Of a DNA stretch of 43,510 bases, positions 9,978 through 18,793 are shown piece after piece. The stretch's first letter is position 1. The number at the start of each line of letters is the position of its first letter. Both the position numbers and the translations under genes were made by a program. Where the stretch lies: positions 1 to 43,510 of IMG/VR virus record IMGVR_UViG_3300044728_000232. One strand, written 5' to 3'. The notes beneath the pieces are model-generated. The model saw nothing but the letters and a program-made list of their open reading frames with translations. It had not been told where the DNA came from and made no database searches. The DNA is from a virus. Its lineage: Duplodnaviria; Caudoviricetes.

Positions 9978-10010
9978 GAGATGTTTCCTTTCGATGTTTT
10001 GGGTTGAAGA

Positions 10011-10985
10011 TTAGGCCTTGACAACCGCTTGCAGCGAGCGATTCGCGCAGACCATATTCCCCATCCAGAGAATCGGCACGACCACGCCGTCTTGGTTGTA
10101 CGGCTTCGCCTCTTCCAGCACCGTCAGATTGGCGTCCGAGTGGACAACAAGCTGGAGATGGTTGGTGTTCAGCATATACATGTGCGCGGCAGGCATCCCC
10201 GAATCGCCGTCGAAAAAGACGGGAATGGAGTGGAACTGCAACGCCATGAACCCCGCATCGGCAGAATCCGCGTCCGCATACCGCTTCAGGGTCGTCAGCT
10301 GGTTTTCCAGGTTGATGTAATAGTCGTTCGAGGAAACGACCATATCGGGACGGTCCGCATTCCGCGTGACTTCGATCAAAGCACCCAGCAGCAGCTTTTC
10401 CATCGCCCCCGGATCGGTGACGACGATTGCCGGGCCGCCCTGAACCGGCGCAGCGGCGCTTTGGACCACGTTCTTCCACCAGACATGGGTTCCGCTCGAA
10501 ATCCCGCCGACCGTGTTCGTGGGAACGTCGGCGACGAGTTTTTGCAGGCCGTCAATCTGGTTCGTCGCCGCCCCGTCGGAGTACATATCCGACGAGAAGT
10601 TATTGGCGAACGTGTGAATCGCGTTCTGGATGCGGCTCTTCGCCAGATTCGCGATCCGCTGGGGACCGGCGTTCTGACGGAGTTCCAGGCCCGAAGAAAC
10701 GACGTTCAGCGCGATCTGCCTCCAGTTGTACTCCGCCGCCGTGAACACGTCGCTCTGCGACACGTTCAGGACTTCCAGGCCGGAATACCGCTGGTACGTC
10801 GAGTTCTCGGCGTATTCCAGGGGCGTGACGATGGAGTAACCACCGGATTCTGTCCGCGTCCGCCCGCCCTTCTTCATCTTCCGATAAAGCGCGTTGTGCT
10901 TCGAGACGTTATCCGTGATTTCCTTCGGATGATTGCGAAAGGTCGTCGTGACGATTTCGCTGAAAACTGCATTGGGAGAAGGCAT
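10011..10985 (-). CDS. Major capsid protein
   Basis: 324 aa, strong codon bias, follows the scaffold; HK97-fold-like motifs (SDMYSDG...IDGL, YMLNT). Confidence 0.85.
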   Translation of the reverse strand: MPSPNAVFSEIVTTTFRNHPKEITDNVSKHNALYRKMKKGGRTRTESGGYSIVTPLEYAENSTYQRYSGLEVLNVSQSDVFTAAEYNWRQIALNVVSSGLELRQNAGPQRIANLAKSRIQNAIHTFANNFSSDMYSDGAATNQIDGLQKLVADVPTNTVGGISSGTHVWWKNVVQSAAAPVQGGPAIVVTDPGAMEKLLLGALIEVTRNADRPDMVVSSNDYYINLENQLTTLKRYADADSADAGFMALQFHSIPVFFDGDSGMPAAHMYMLNTNHLQLVVHSDANLTVLEEAKPYNQDGVVVPILWMGNMVCANRSLQAVVKA

Positions 10986-10997
10986 TTTGATTCGTCC

Positions 10998-11942
10998 TTA
11001 ATGAGAAGGATAGTGTTTCGACACGACAGAATCTATCGTATCGTCGATTGAGGCTTTGCGGCGAGATGAAGGGGTGCCTTCTCCCGACCCATTAAGATTC
11101 GTCGGCTTCGGAACTTTCGGAGCAGCGGCTGCGGATTGTTGATCCTTAATCAGCTTCGCTCTTACTACGGGATTGGCCCAGCAGGCCAGGTCATAGGCAG
11201 CGGCGAGATTCTCAGCCGCGCCATTCTTCAGGAAGCGAACAATGTCGTCGCCCACTTCCTCGAAATATTTGTTCTTCGGATCCTTGGCGAAGAGTTCGAT
11301 ATTCTTCGCGTGCTCTTGGACCGAAAGATCGTATTGCGCCTGTTTGAAGGCTTGGAGGCTTTGTTTCACCCCCACAACCTCATTCGCAAGTTGGGTGAAT
11401 TCGGGCGGGAGCTTATTAACCACGGCTTGAGCCTCAGCCGGGGAAAGCTCGACCCCATATCCCTTCAGGAAATTCTGGGCCATCGTCTTTTTCTGCTCGG
11501 GCGGAGCTTGGACGAGGGCTAGATGATTTTTCGCAAGTTGTTGCAGAAGCGTGACGGGATTAACGTCCGGGTATTGCGCCAGGAGGTTCTGGAACGGCTT
11601 GATTGTCTCGTTCCAGTTCTTATGCCCGTCGGAATAGCTCGAAAGGCCCTTCACCATATCGGCTTCTCTCGCCGTCAGGTATTCCCGGGTCTCCTTATCC
11701 AGCTTTTTCCAGAGCGGCTCTTTCTCCGCCTTCCAGGCTTTGGGAAGGGGAATCTCGGGCTCGGGTGGGGGCGGTGAAGGTGCCTCGTCTGACGAAGGTG
11801 CGGGGGAGGCCGCGGCGGGATCGTCAGACGAAGGCGTATCCTCCCCGCCCCCAAAAAGGTCGGAAGAGATGCTTGCAAGGGCCTCCGCTATTTCAGGGGA
11901 GGAGGCGCCAGATTCTGCGGCGGGATTGTTTTCTTCATCCAT
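10998..11942 (-). CDS. Scaffolding protein
   Basis: Acidic Pro-rich N-terminus, PKAWK motif, helical body, upstream of the MCP. Confidence 0.7.
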   Translation of the reverse strand: MDEENNPAAESGASSPEIAEALASISSDLFGGGEDTPSSDDPAAASPAPSSDEAPSPPPPEPEIPLPKAWKAEKEPLWKKLDKETREYLTAREADMVKGLSSYSDGHKNWNETIKPFQNLLAQYPDVNPVTLLQQLAKNHLALVQAPPEQKKTMAQNFLKGYGVELSPAEAQAVVNKLPPEFTQLANEVVGVKQSLQAFKQAQYDLSVQEHAKNIELFAKDPKNKYFEEVGDDIVRFLKNGAAENLAAAYDLACWANPVVRAKLIKDQQSAAAAPKVPKPTNLNGSGEGTPSSRRKASIDDTIDSVVSKHYPSH

Positions 11943-11945
11943 GAT

Positions 11946-12311
11946 CTAGTTCTCCAACTTTCCCGCGACAACGAGGTCACGAACGGTTTTATCGACAGCA
12001 TCAGCGAGAGGCTTGAACGCCTCTTCTTTCCTATATTCTCTGGTCCGGGCAATGTCTTTCTCCATCCCCTTTTCCCAGGCGATGGCCCCGCTCCGGCGAA
12101 GATCCTCGATCCTCTCTCTTTTCCCCGAAACCCAATGTCCCCCGTTTGGGGACTGATACGGAGCCAAATCAGGCGCAATCATCGGAACCGAGATAACCCG
12201 CTCAAAAGTCGTCCCGCAGGCGCAGGAGGGGAGATTATCCCTCCCCTCGATCTTCCTGAACATCGAGTCTTTCACCCCACAACGGGGGCAGAGAAGCGCG
12301 TAAATCGGCAT
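11946..12311 (-). CDS. FmdB-like zinc-ribbon protein
   Basis: MPIYxxxCPRCG...CACG...RVIS; start placed at ATG 12311. Confidence 0.7.
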   Translation of the reverse strand: MPIYALLCPRCGVKDSMFRKIEGRDNLPSCACGTTFERVISVPMIAPDLAPYQSPNGGHWVSGKRERIEDLRRSGAIAWEKGMEKDIARTREYRKEEAFKPLADAVDKTVRDLVVAGKLEN

Positions 12312-12348
12312 AGAAGAGAGGATAAGGGGGGAACTGGAAAACCTCAAA

Positions 12349-13560
12349 TCAGCCCGGGGAGTTAGAGAGCAGCCGCAGGATTGTCGCTACGTCCTCATCG
12401 TCGTTGATGACGGGCGGTTCTTCGACCTCCAAAACTGGCTCGGGCTTAGCGACAACCTTTGCCTCTTCAACCTTTGGAACGGCCTTGACCGGCTTCGCCG
12501 CAGGCTTATTCGCCTCTTTATACTTGCGGCGGAATTCGTCCGCCTCTTTCTGCGTGTAGAATTCGTGGTCCTTCCCATCCGGCGTGCGGACGACGAAGAG
12601 AACCCGTTTCTTGTGCGGGGTTGGGCGGGGCCTGAACCCTCCTCCACCCTGGCCTGGAGGCCCTCCGGGGAATACTGGATGCCCGCCCGAATAAAATAGA
12701 ATCGTATCCGGCCCTTGGTGGGTGTAGAAACCAGACTCCGGCCCGAGGCGGAGTTGGCGAAGGGCAAGGCCAAACTCGAATGTTGCAGCTTGCCCCGCAA
12801 GGCCATAAAAGCCCTGTTCGCAAGCCAGGGTATAATTGTGGACAATCTCAAGGTCCATCCCCGAGATGAAATAAGCCCCTGAATCCGCAGGCATCGTGCG
12901 GCTCGTGCCGGTAATCCCAGACCCAGCGTCCTTGCCGTTGAAGAAGTACGCCCCAGCCTCCGCGATAAGGCTGCGGACCGCCCGGAATGTGACGGGGAAT
13001 CCCTGAACACCATAAACCCCGCTGGCCGGGTCAGCCTCGAAGTCAGAGAAGGAATCGCTGACGGAGTAAGTGTAGATGCCTGTGTCGGCAGGAAGGTGAA
13101 ACTCCCCTCCGCCGCGTAGCAGCATCCCGATGTGGGGGAGCGGCCCAGGGTATTCCACACCCGGCTGATTCGGCGGGGTGAGGATAGCAACCTGCCCTTG
13201 AGTCGCGTAGAGGCCCCTTTCCGCAGTCAGATTGTAGACGCGGAGAAGCGGCCCGGTATCGGAACCGAAGTGGTTGTATAACCCGGACTCAGCGGGGAGA
13301 CGAGTATTCCCCTTGCCCAAACCCCCAAGCAGGCCCAACGAGGGAAGCGGCCCCGGAGAGTCATTGAAAACCCCGAAGCCAAGCCCGCCGAGCATCCCGA
13401 GATGCGGCAACGGCGCCGGGGAAGCCACAATGACTACTGCCCCGGCGTTTGTGTTATACCCGCTTACGCTGTAAAGCCCCGCGTTTGCCGGGAGCCGGTG
13501 CGCCACTGCGGGAAGCACCAGCCCCAAATGGGGCAGCGGTGCCGCCGCTTGGGAGGCCAT
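12349..13560 (-). CDS. Repeat-rich putative virion protein
   Basis: Four PLP[HS][LI]G[LM][LV] repeats and ~8 repeats resembling LxAxxGxYxxxG. Confidence 0.65.
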   Translation of the reverse strand: MASQAAAPLPHLGLVLPAVAHRLPANAGLYSVSGYNTNAGAVVIVASPAPLPHLGMLGGLGFGVFNDSPGPLPSLGLLGGLGKGNTRLPAESGLYNHFGSDTGPLLRVYNLTAERGLYATQGQVAILTPPNQPGVEYPGPLPHIGMLLRGGGEFHLPADTGIYTYSVSDSFSDFEADPASGVYGVQGFPVTFRAVRSLIAEAGAYFFNGKDAGSGITGTSRTMPADSGAYFISGMDLEIVHNYTLACEQGFYGLAGQAATFEFGLALRQLRLGPESGFYTHQGPDTILFYSGGHPVFPGGPPGQGGGGFRPRPTPHKKRVLFVVRTPDGKDHEFYTQKEADEFRRKYKEANKPAAKPVKAVPKVEEAKVVAKPEPVLEVEEPPVINDDEDVATILRLLSNSPG

Positions 13561-13566
13561 AACGGC

Positions 13567-14088
13567 TTACTTGTAAAACAGGTTGACGATAACGTCACCA
13601 GTGCCCGGCGCACCGACGTCGTTGTCCGCAGGCCCCGTCGTTACGGCGACCGAGATTGCCGTGCCGAAGTTGATCCCCTGGGGAATGGAGAACACACCAG
13701 AAACGCCGCCGGCAGTCGCCGCAGGCAGAGCGATGGTCAAAACCGGGGTGGAAGTCCCGACCGTGACCGAGGCCGCCGTCCCGTTGTAAAACTTCAGATA
13801 GCGGATCGAGGTTGAGAGATTCGAGAACCACATCCCGTAGATTGTGCCCCCGACGGCCTTAACCTCTTGCTCCGCCTCATCCAGATCGAGTCGGCGGAAA
13901 ATCGAGCAGCCCCCTTCCGCCACCGCGACCGAGCGAGTCGGCATCGGCAGGACGGAGGAAACATCCCCCTCATGGGAATCAGGCGCGCCCAGGGACAGCT
14001 TAACCCGCGGGAATTGAATCCCGGCGATTTCGTCCGAGGCGAAGGTCTGGCCGCCAGAGCCAGGGTTTGCAGCAAAATTGTCAGGCAT
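13567..14088 (-). CDS. Putative structural protein
   Basis: 173-aa beta-rich ORF with AAGGA RBS; RYLKFYN...G..F..AI motif. Confidence 0.65.
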   Translation of the reverse strand: MPDNFAANPGSGGQTFASDEIAGIQFPRVKLSLGAPDSHEGDVSSVLPMPTRSVAVAEGGCSIFRRLDLDEAEQEVKAVGGTIYGMWFSNLSTSIRYLKFYNGTAASVTVGTSTPVLTIALPAATAGGVSGVFSIPQGINFGTAISVAVTTGPADNDVGAPGTGDVIVNLFYK

Positions 14089-14102
14089 GATAATTTCCTT
14101 TG

Positions 14103-14813
14103 TTAACCGATGCCAAGCATCAAAAGACGACCACGATTTGTGGTTTCAGGGGTGAAACCGGCGATTCCCCCGCCAGTAGCAATTGCGATTTCGGCGATAT
14201 CCAAGTCTTGACTGCCGCCGGGGAAGAATGGACCCACCCAGCCAGGAGCGGTAATCGGGGCCACGTTGTCGGTGAATTCCACGGTCCAGCTAGACGGCTC
14301 TCCGTCGGGGAAAAGGGTTCCCGTGTCCTCCCAGATTTTGGCCTGAAGCAGCGGATTCGTGAATCCAGAGACACGGAAACGAAGCCATGTCCAGGCGCTG
14401 CTAGCGATGGCGGGGGAAAGCGTCGGGGAGTTATTCAGGGTCGCAACCACGCCACCAGAATATCGGATGAGGCGCAGAACATCACCGTAGCGCGCAGTTG
14501 CGTAGCCGGTTTCCGAGGTCGCCGAGCCCGAGCCCCGGATAACCGCACCGAGCGTAACCGCCTGAAGCATCGGCCCGCTAATCCGCATCCGCATTAGAAT
14601 CTCGGCCTGATCGCGCGCAGAATCCCCGTTGACGCTGTCCATCGAGACGAAATAACGGGCGGCGCTGCCTTCGGTAAGCGTCCGCTGGAAATAACGGCTC
14701 GGGGCAGAACCCTCAACCGCCCAGCGAGTGGTTGCGACCCAGCGGCTGGTAAAGCCCGTGGGGACTACCGTACCGATAGTACTGTCGTCGAAGTCGTGGG
14801 TATAGTTTGGCAT
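14103..14813 (-). CDS. Putative lectin/concanavalin-like virion protein
   Basis: Beta-rich, WLRFRV...AKIW...EP..W pattern; start set at ATG 14813. Confidence 0.5.
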   Translation of the reverse strand: MPNYTHDFDDSTIGTVVPTGFTSRWVATTRWAVEGSAPSRYFQRTLTEGSAARYFVSMDSVNGDSARDQAEILMRMRISGPMLQAVTLGAVIRGSGSATSETGYATARYGDVLRLIRYSGGVVATLNNSPTLSPAIASSAWTWLRFRVSGFTNPLLQAKIWEDTGTLFPDGEPSSWTVEFTDNVAPITAPGWVGPFFPGGSQDLDIAEIAIATGGGIAGFTPETTNRGRLLMLGIG

Positions 14814-14821
14814 GTGGATTC

Positions 14822-17800
14822 TCAGTTCGTGAACGAAATCGGGGTCCAAGTCGCCGCGACAAGGGTAACGGTTTTCGGGGAAACCCCAGTCGCATCAAAC
14901 ACATCGCTGCCGTAGGGAACAGCCGTAACCGTGCAGGCCAGGTTGTTATACATCTCGCACGACCACAGGTTGGCGGTGTTGACGATATTCCTCCAGCGGA
15001 AGCCTTTGTTGATACTCCCGACAAGATCAACCGCGGGGTTTTGGTCGTTACTGCAATTCGTGAGGTGGAGAACGCCCTTCCCAATCTCGAACATCGGGGT
15101 AGTGTAGGAGGCCAATTCCGACAGCATGATATCGCCGGAAGAGTGATTCCCGTTATTCCAGGCGAAGGCGAAAGGCCTTCCAGACGCCCGCATCGCAGCG
15201 ACGGCGTCGATATGATCCTGAAAGACCATATACCCGTCTTGCCTTCCCACGCACCAGATGATGAACGGGATTTTAACCGCTGGGTCGAGAACGTAGTCGA
15301 TGGCGTTTTTGTATTTGTACAGATTCCCGTTGAAGCCATCGACGGGAGGAGCATTCGCGGGGAGATATTCATCCGCCACGCCTGTCGCCCGGTTGCTGAT
15401 CCCGACGGTCGTTCCCGACGAGCCGAACCGCCACCGAGGCCGAGACGCGAAAATCGCAGCGAAGTGCTCGGGGTGTTTTATCGCCCATTCCAAACAGCAC
15501 CAAGCCCCCATAGAGCCGCCATGCACCGTCCGCTTGGTCAGGCTGATATATGGATATTGCGTCTGGATAAACGCCATCATCGAAGTCAGACGGCGATGGA
15601 GGTAGTTATACGCCGTGCCGCCATTCTTCGACCAGCCCATCCACCCGCCGGCAGGGCCTGTGCCAGTAACTCCGTCCGGCATCATCGCCCCAGCGAGGGG
15701 ATCGACCCGGACATAGGTACTAGACGCCCAATCCCGGGCGATAAACCGCCACGGCTCCCCGTTCACGTCACTGTGGTAATCCCCGCAGGTCGCCACCCAA
15801 TGCTCGCCAGTTGTCGCACCAGCGATAATCGCGTCATCCCCTCCCGAGCCGTGGAGAATGACCTGAAGCTCCATATTCGGGGTTTCGGCATCTGGCCTCG
15901 ACGCTCCCGTGCTGAGGAGAGTAACCGCATCAAAGGGCTGGACAGGGGGAGCCACGACAGGCTTCGTATGCCCCCAGACCTCGAAATAGTAATCCATATC
16001 CTCATTCTCCCCCCAGGGGAGTTTGAAGCTATGGTTCCCCATCCCAGCGATGTTCAGGACGAGCTGATAACCCTGGTCGGCGAAATACTGCTCGCCCCGG
16101 TTGTACTTTGGCTCGTCATAGGGAAGATCGGTAGGCAGGGATTTGCTGAGCCGGGTAATGCCGTCGCCGGCAGCCGCGCAGAACAAGCGGCCATTCCCCA
16201 CTCCCGCAGCGGCAGAGTAACCCATCGTGATCCACTTGCCGCCGGGACCCCTGGGGAGATTCCCGTCAGTCTCAATAACCCAGTTTGTGCCATCCGGCAG
16301 CTTCGCCTCAGGGTAGCCGTGGTGGTTAATACTCCAGCTGTTGACGAACACGGTTCCACGCGGACCGAAGGTTCCGTCAGAAACCGTGAACTTGCAGAAG
16401 CGGGAGTTGTTATCGACGTAGAAGAAGCAGACGACTTCGATCACGCCCGAGGCGAGATTAACCCGCCGGACCTGACGATTCGAGACGCTGCCGTAATAGA
16501 GCCAGCCGTCTTGGTGAAACAGGCCCTCCGGCGTCATCGTGTCGTGCATACGCCGATCGGCGAGATTCTGCGCCTGCCCGGCAGTATCAGTCCCGTGGGG
16601 AGTCGTTGTGACGTGAAAGCGGCTTGTCGAGTCGATCCAGGCATAACTGCCACCAGCGGAGATTAGCGCCTCATCCCGCGTCAGAACATCGCGGATTTTG
16701 ACTCCGGTAGTCGCGTTGTATTCGACGATCCGGTTCGCCTCCCGCTCGGAGATGTAGAGGGAGTTCGGGGCCACCCAAACAACATCCCAGGGGTCGACAA
16801 GGCCGACGATAAACTCCGTGACGCGAGGCTCCGCGTTGAAGTCGTCCTTCTTGAAGGTAAGAAGGCAGATGCGGTCATTCCGCGTATCGGAGACAAAGGC
16901 GCGGGGATCAGTCAGGTGCGGCTGCTCCATCTCGCCGTTGACGGAGTTGAATTGCGGCGGTGCGGTCGGGTCGAGGGCGAGGGAATTCAGGTCGAAGGCC
17001 AGGCCCCACATTTCCCGGAAGCCGTGCCGCGCCACGGGAATCGCAGACCAGTCCCCCACCAGCTCCATTGTTATCTGGTCAGCGAGGAGGGAGCCAGTCT
17101 CCGCCTCTTCGTGGTAGCCGCCGACTGGATTATGGCGATAACCCGCCCGAGTCGTGATCTTCCCGGTTTGGTCGATCCGGATAACGCGCCACGGGTCGGT
17201 GCAATAAGCTCCGCCGTGTCTGTCCACCTGGATATGGGTTAGCATCCCAGAAGTCCCCCGGCCTCTCGGCCCGTCAAGCAGGGGAATCCGCGGGAACTTC
17301 ATTATCAACGTGTCGAAATGGTAGAACTGGATGTTGAATGTATTCCAGATGCCATCTTTGTTGATATTCGGCCTCTTCGGCACACCAGCCGCGCCCGTAT
17401 CCGACAAATCGCTCTCGTCCGCGTCGTGCGACGAGCGCTTCATCGAGTAGTTTTCCCGGAAGAGCTGGGAATAGTGGATGGGCGTGTCAAACACCGGGCA
17501 CTCCCGGGGCTCGATGGGAATCTCGACCGGGTTAAAGCTCGTCGGGACCCAGGCCCACCGATGCGGCTGGTGGTTTTTTGAGATTTCGTAGCTGCCGAAG
17601 CAGACGGGCATGAGAAGAGGGACGTGATTATCGGCGGGACGATGGACGTAGATGAAGAACTTCGGCGTAGGCCCATCCAGCGCGCCAACATCGCTCAGAA
17701 TATCCAGTTCGTGCCAGCCCGTGGCGATTTGCCCGGTTGGGAGGAGGAAAGTGCCGGTGACGGTAACATTCGGCGTTACTGTCGCCGTGCACATCGACAC

Positions 17801-18211
17801 GCCATCTACGAGAAGCTGATAATTCGTCCCCTTCAGCGCGGGCGTCCCTCCCCCAGTGCTAAAATTCGTGCAATGAAACTGGAGGGACTTGGTCGAGGTC
17901 GGGGAAGTCGGCTTGGACAGGAGAAACGTCTGGTGGCGTTCATATCGGCTCGACTGGTGCCACGCATTTAGGTGCAGGATGCGGGTAAAACTCATCTGCT
18001 GCGTGAAAATCTCCGGCATGTCGCTCACCGTCTGAGCGGGGCCGCGCAGGGTAGCCGCTTGCCCGGTGAGGGAATACACCCCGCCAACCGCAGTTATCCG
18101 GCGAACCTTATGCGCAAGGTCCGTCGTGATACTCCCGACATGGGAATAGAGGCCCGTATCCCCGCTTACGCGGTAACTGCGGGCGTGTCCAATCCGGAGA
18201 CGACGCGGCAT
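14822..18211 (-). CDS. Large multidomain protein: beta-propeller plus C-terminal alpha/beta-hydrolase
   Basis: NHL-like repeats (FVSDTRNDRI, LYISEREANRI); ILHGSGG, GGSMG nucleophile elbow, GRQDG, NNGNH. Confidence 0.7.
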   Translation of the reverse strand: MPRRLRIGHARSYRVSGDTGLYSHVGSITTDLAHKVRRITAVGGVYSLTGQAATLRGPAQTVSDMPEIFTQQMSFTRILHLNAWHQSSRYERHQTFLLSKPTSPTSTKSLQFHCTNFSTGGGTPALKGTNYQLLVDGVSMCTATVTPNVTVTGTFLLPTGQIATGWHELDILSDVGALDGPTPKFFIYVHRPADNHVPLLMPVCFGSYEISKNHQPHRWAWVPTSFNPVEIPIEPRECPVFDTPIHYSQLFRENYSMKRSSHDADESDLSDTGAAGVPKRPNINKDGIWNTFNIQFYHFDTLIMKFPRIPLLDGPRGRGTSGMLTHIQVDRHGGAYCTDPWRVIRIDQTGKITTRAGYRHNPVGGYHEEAETGSLLADQITMELVGDWSAIPVARHGFREMWGLAFDLNSLALDPTAPPQFNSVNGEMEQPHLTDPRAFVSDTRNDRICLLTFKKDDFNAEPRVTEFIVGLVDPWDVVWVAPNSLYISEREANRIVEYNATTGVKIRDVLTRDEALISAGGSYAWIDSTSRFHVTTTPHGTDTAGQAQNLADRRMHDTMTPEGLFHQDGWLYYGSVSNRQVRRVNLASGVIEVVCFFYVDNNSRFCKFTVSDGTFGPRGTVFVNSWSINHHGYPEAKLPDGTNWVIETDGNLPRGPGGKWITMGYSAAAGVGNGRLFCAAAGDGITRLSKSLPTDLPYDEPKYNRGEQYFADQGYQLVLNIAGMGNHSFKLPWGENEDMDYYFEVWGHTKPVVAPPVQPFDAVTLLSTGASRPDAETPNMELQVILHGSGGDDAIIAGATTGEHWVATCGDYHSDVNGEPWRFIARDWASSTYVRVDPLAGAMMPDGVTGTGPAGGWMGWSKNGGTAYNYLHRRLTSMMAFIQTQYPYISLTKRTVHGGSMGAWCCLEWAIKHPEHFAAIFASRPRWRFGSSGTTVGISNRATGVADEYLPANAPPVDGFNGNLYKYKNAIDYVLDPAVKIPFIIWCVGRQDGYMVFQDHIDAVAAMRASGRPFAFAWNNGNHSSGDIMLSELASYTTPMFEIGKGVLHLTNCSNDQNPAVDLVGSINKGFRWRNIVNTANLWSCEMYNNLACTVTAVPYGSDVFDATGVSPKTVTLVAATWTPISFTN

Positions 18212-18212
18212 T

Positions 18213-18770
18213 TCAGGTCGCTTGGAAAATGCCGTTTGTCGGGTCGAAGTCGACGGTGAAAGTCTCCCCCGGATTCAGGGTGATGGACGAAGTGCTGTAT
18301 TCCCACCACGCGACCAGCGGATCGGCGGGGGCGGTAACCGTGTCGTCGTACAAAACAGCCCAGCGGAAAGGCCCGATCGTCCCGCCCGACGCGGTGAAGG
18401 TAACATCGGTGCCAACGGCTTTGAACGTGCCGCCCGACCGGCTCACGGTAATAGTGGTAACAGAGCCGCCCGCCGCATAACCATTCCCCGCCGTGATTTC
18501 GGTCAGTTCGGCTTTGAGGGCATTCGTCGCCTGCGGCGCGACGTTCGTCAGCATTACCTTGAAGATATCGACGTCCCAGTCGATTTTCGAGATGAATTGA
18601 TTCTCGATGAAGGCGTTGAACTTGTTGTACGTTGCGGGCAGAACCAGCCCCAGGCCGACGAGGGTCCGGAAGATTTTCGCGTCGAGTTGATTTGCCCAGC
18701 GCTGGGTGTGGGGAAGCCGCGGGAATTGAGTCTTGGCGTTGACCTTACGGCCATTGTGGGAGAGAATCAT
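18213..18770 (-). CDS. Putative structural protein
   Basis: FKVML...EI..GNGY.AGG...FTASGGTIGPFRWAVLYDDT...GETFTVDF pattern seen in phage virion proteins. Confidence 0.65.
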   Translation of the reverse strand: MILSHNGRKVNAKTQFPRLPHTQRWANQLDAKIFRTLVGLGLVLPATYNKFNAFIENQFISKIDWDVDIFKVMLTNVAPQATNALKAELTEITAGNGYAAGGSVTTITVSRSGGTFKAVGTDVTFTASGGTIGPFRWAVLYDDTVTAPADPLVAWWEYSTSSITLNPGETFTVDFDPTNGIFQAT

Positions 18771-18793
18771 GATGGAGGTTTCCTTAAAGAGGG

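Noticed and set aside
10029-11051. 340-aa plus-strand ORF and 9640..10479 alternative-frame ORF
   Set aside because: Both overlap the major capsid gene; no independent coding signal
14807-16666. 619-aa plus-strand ORF
   Set aside because: Antisense shadow of the 1129-aa gene in GC-rich, codon-biased DNA
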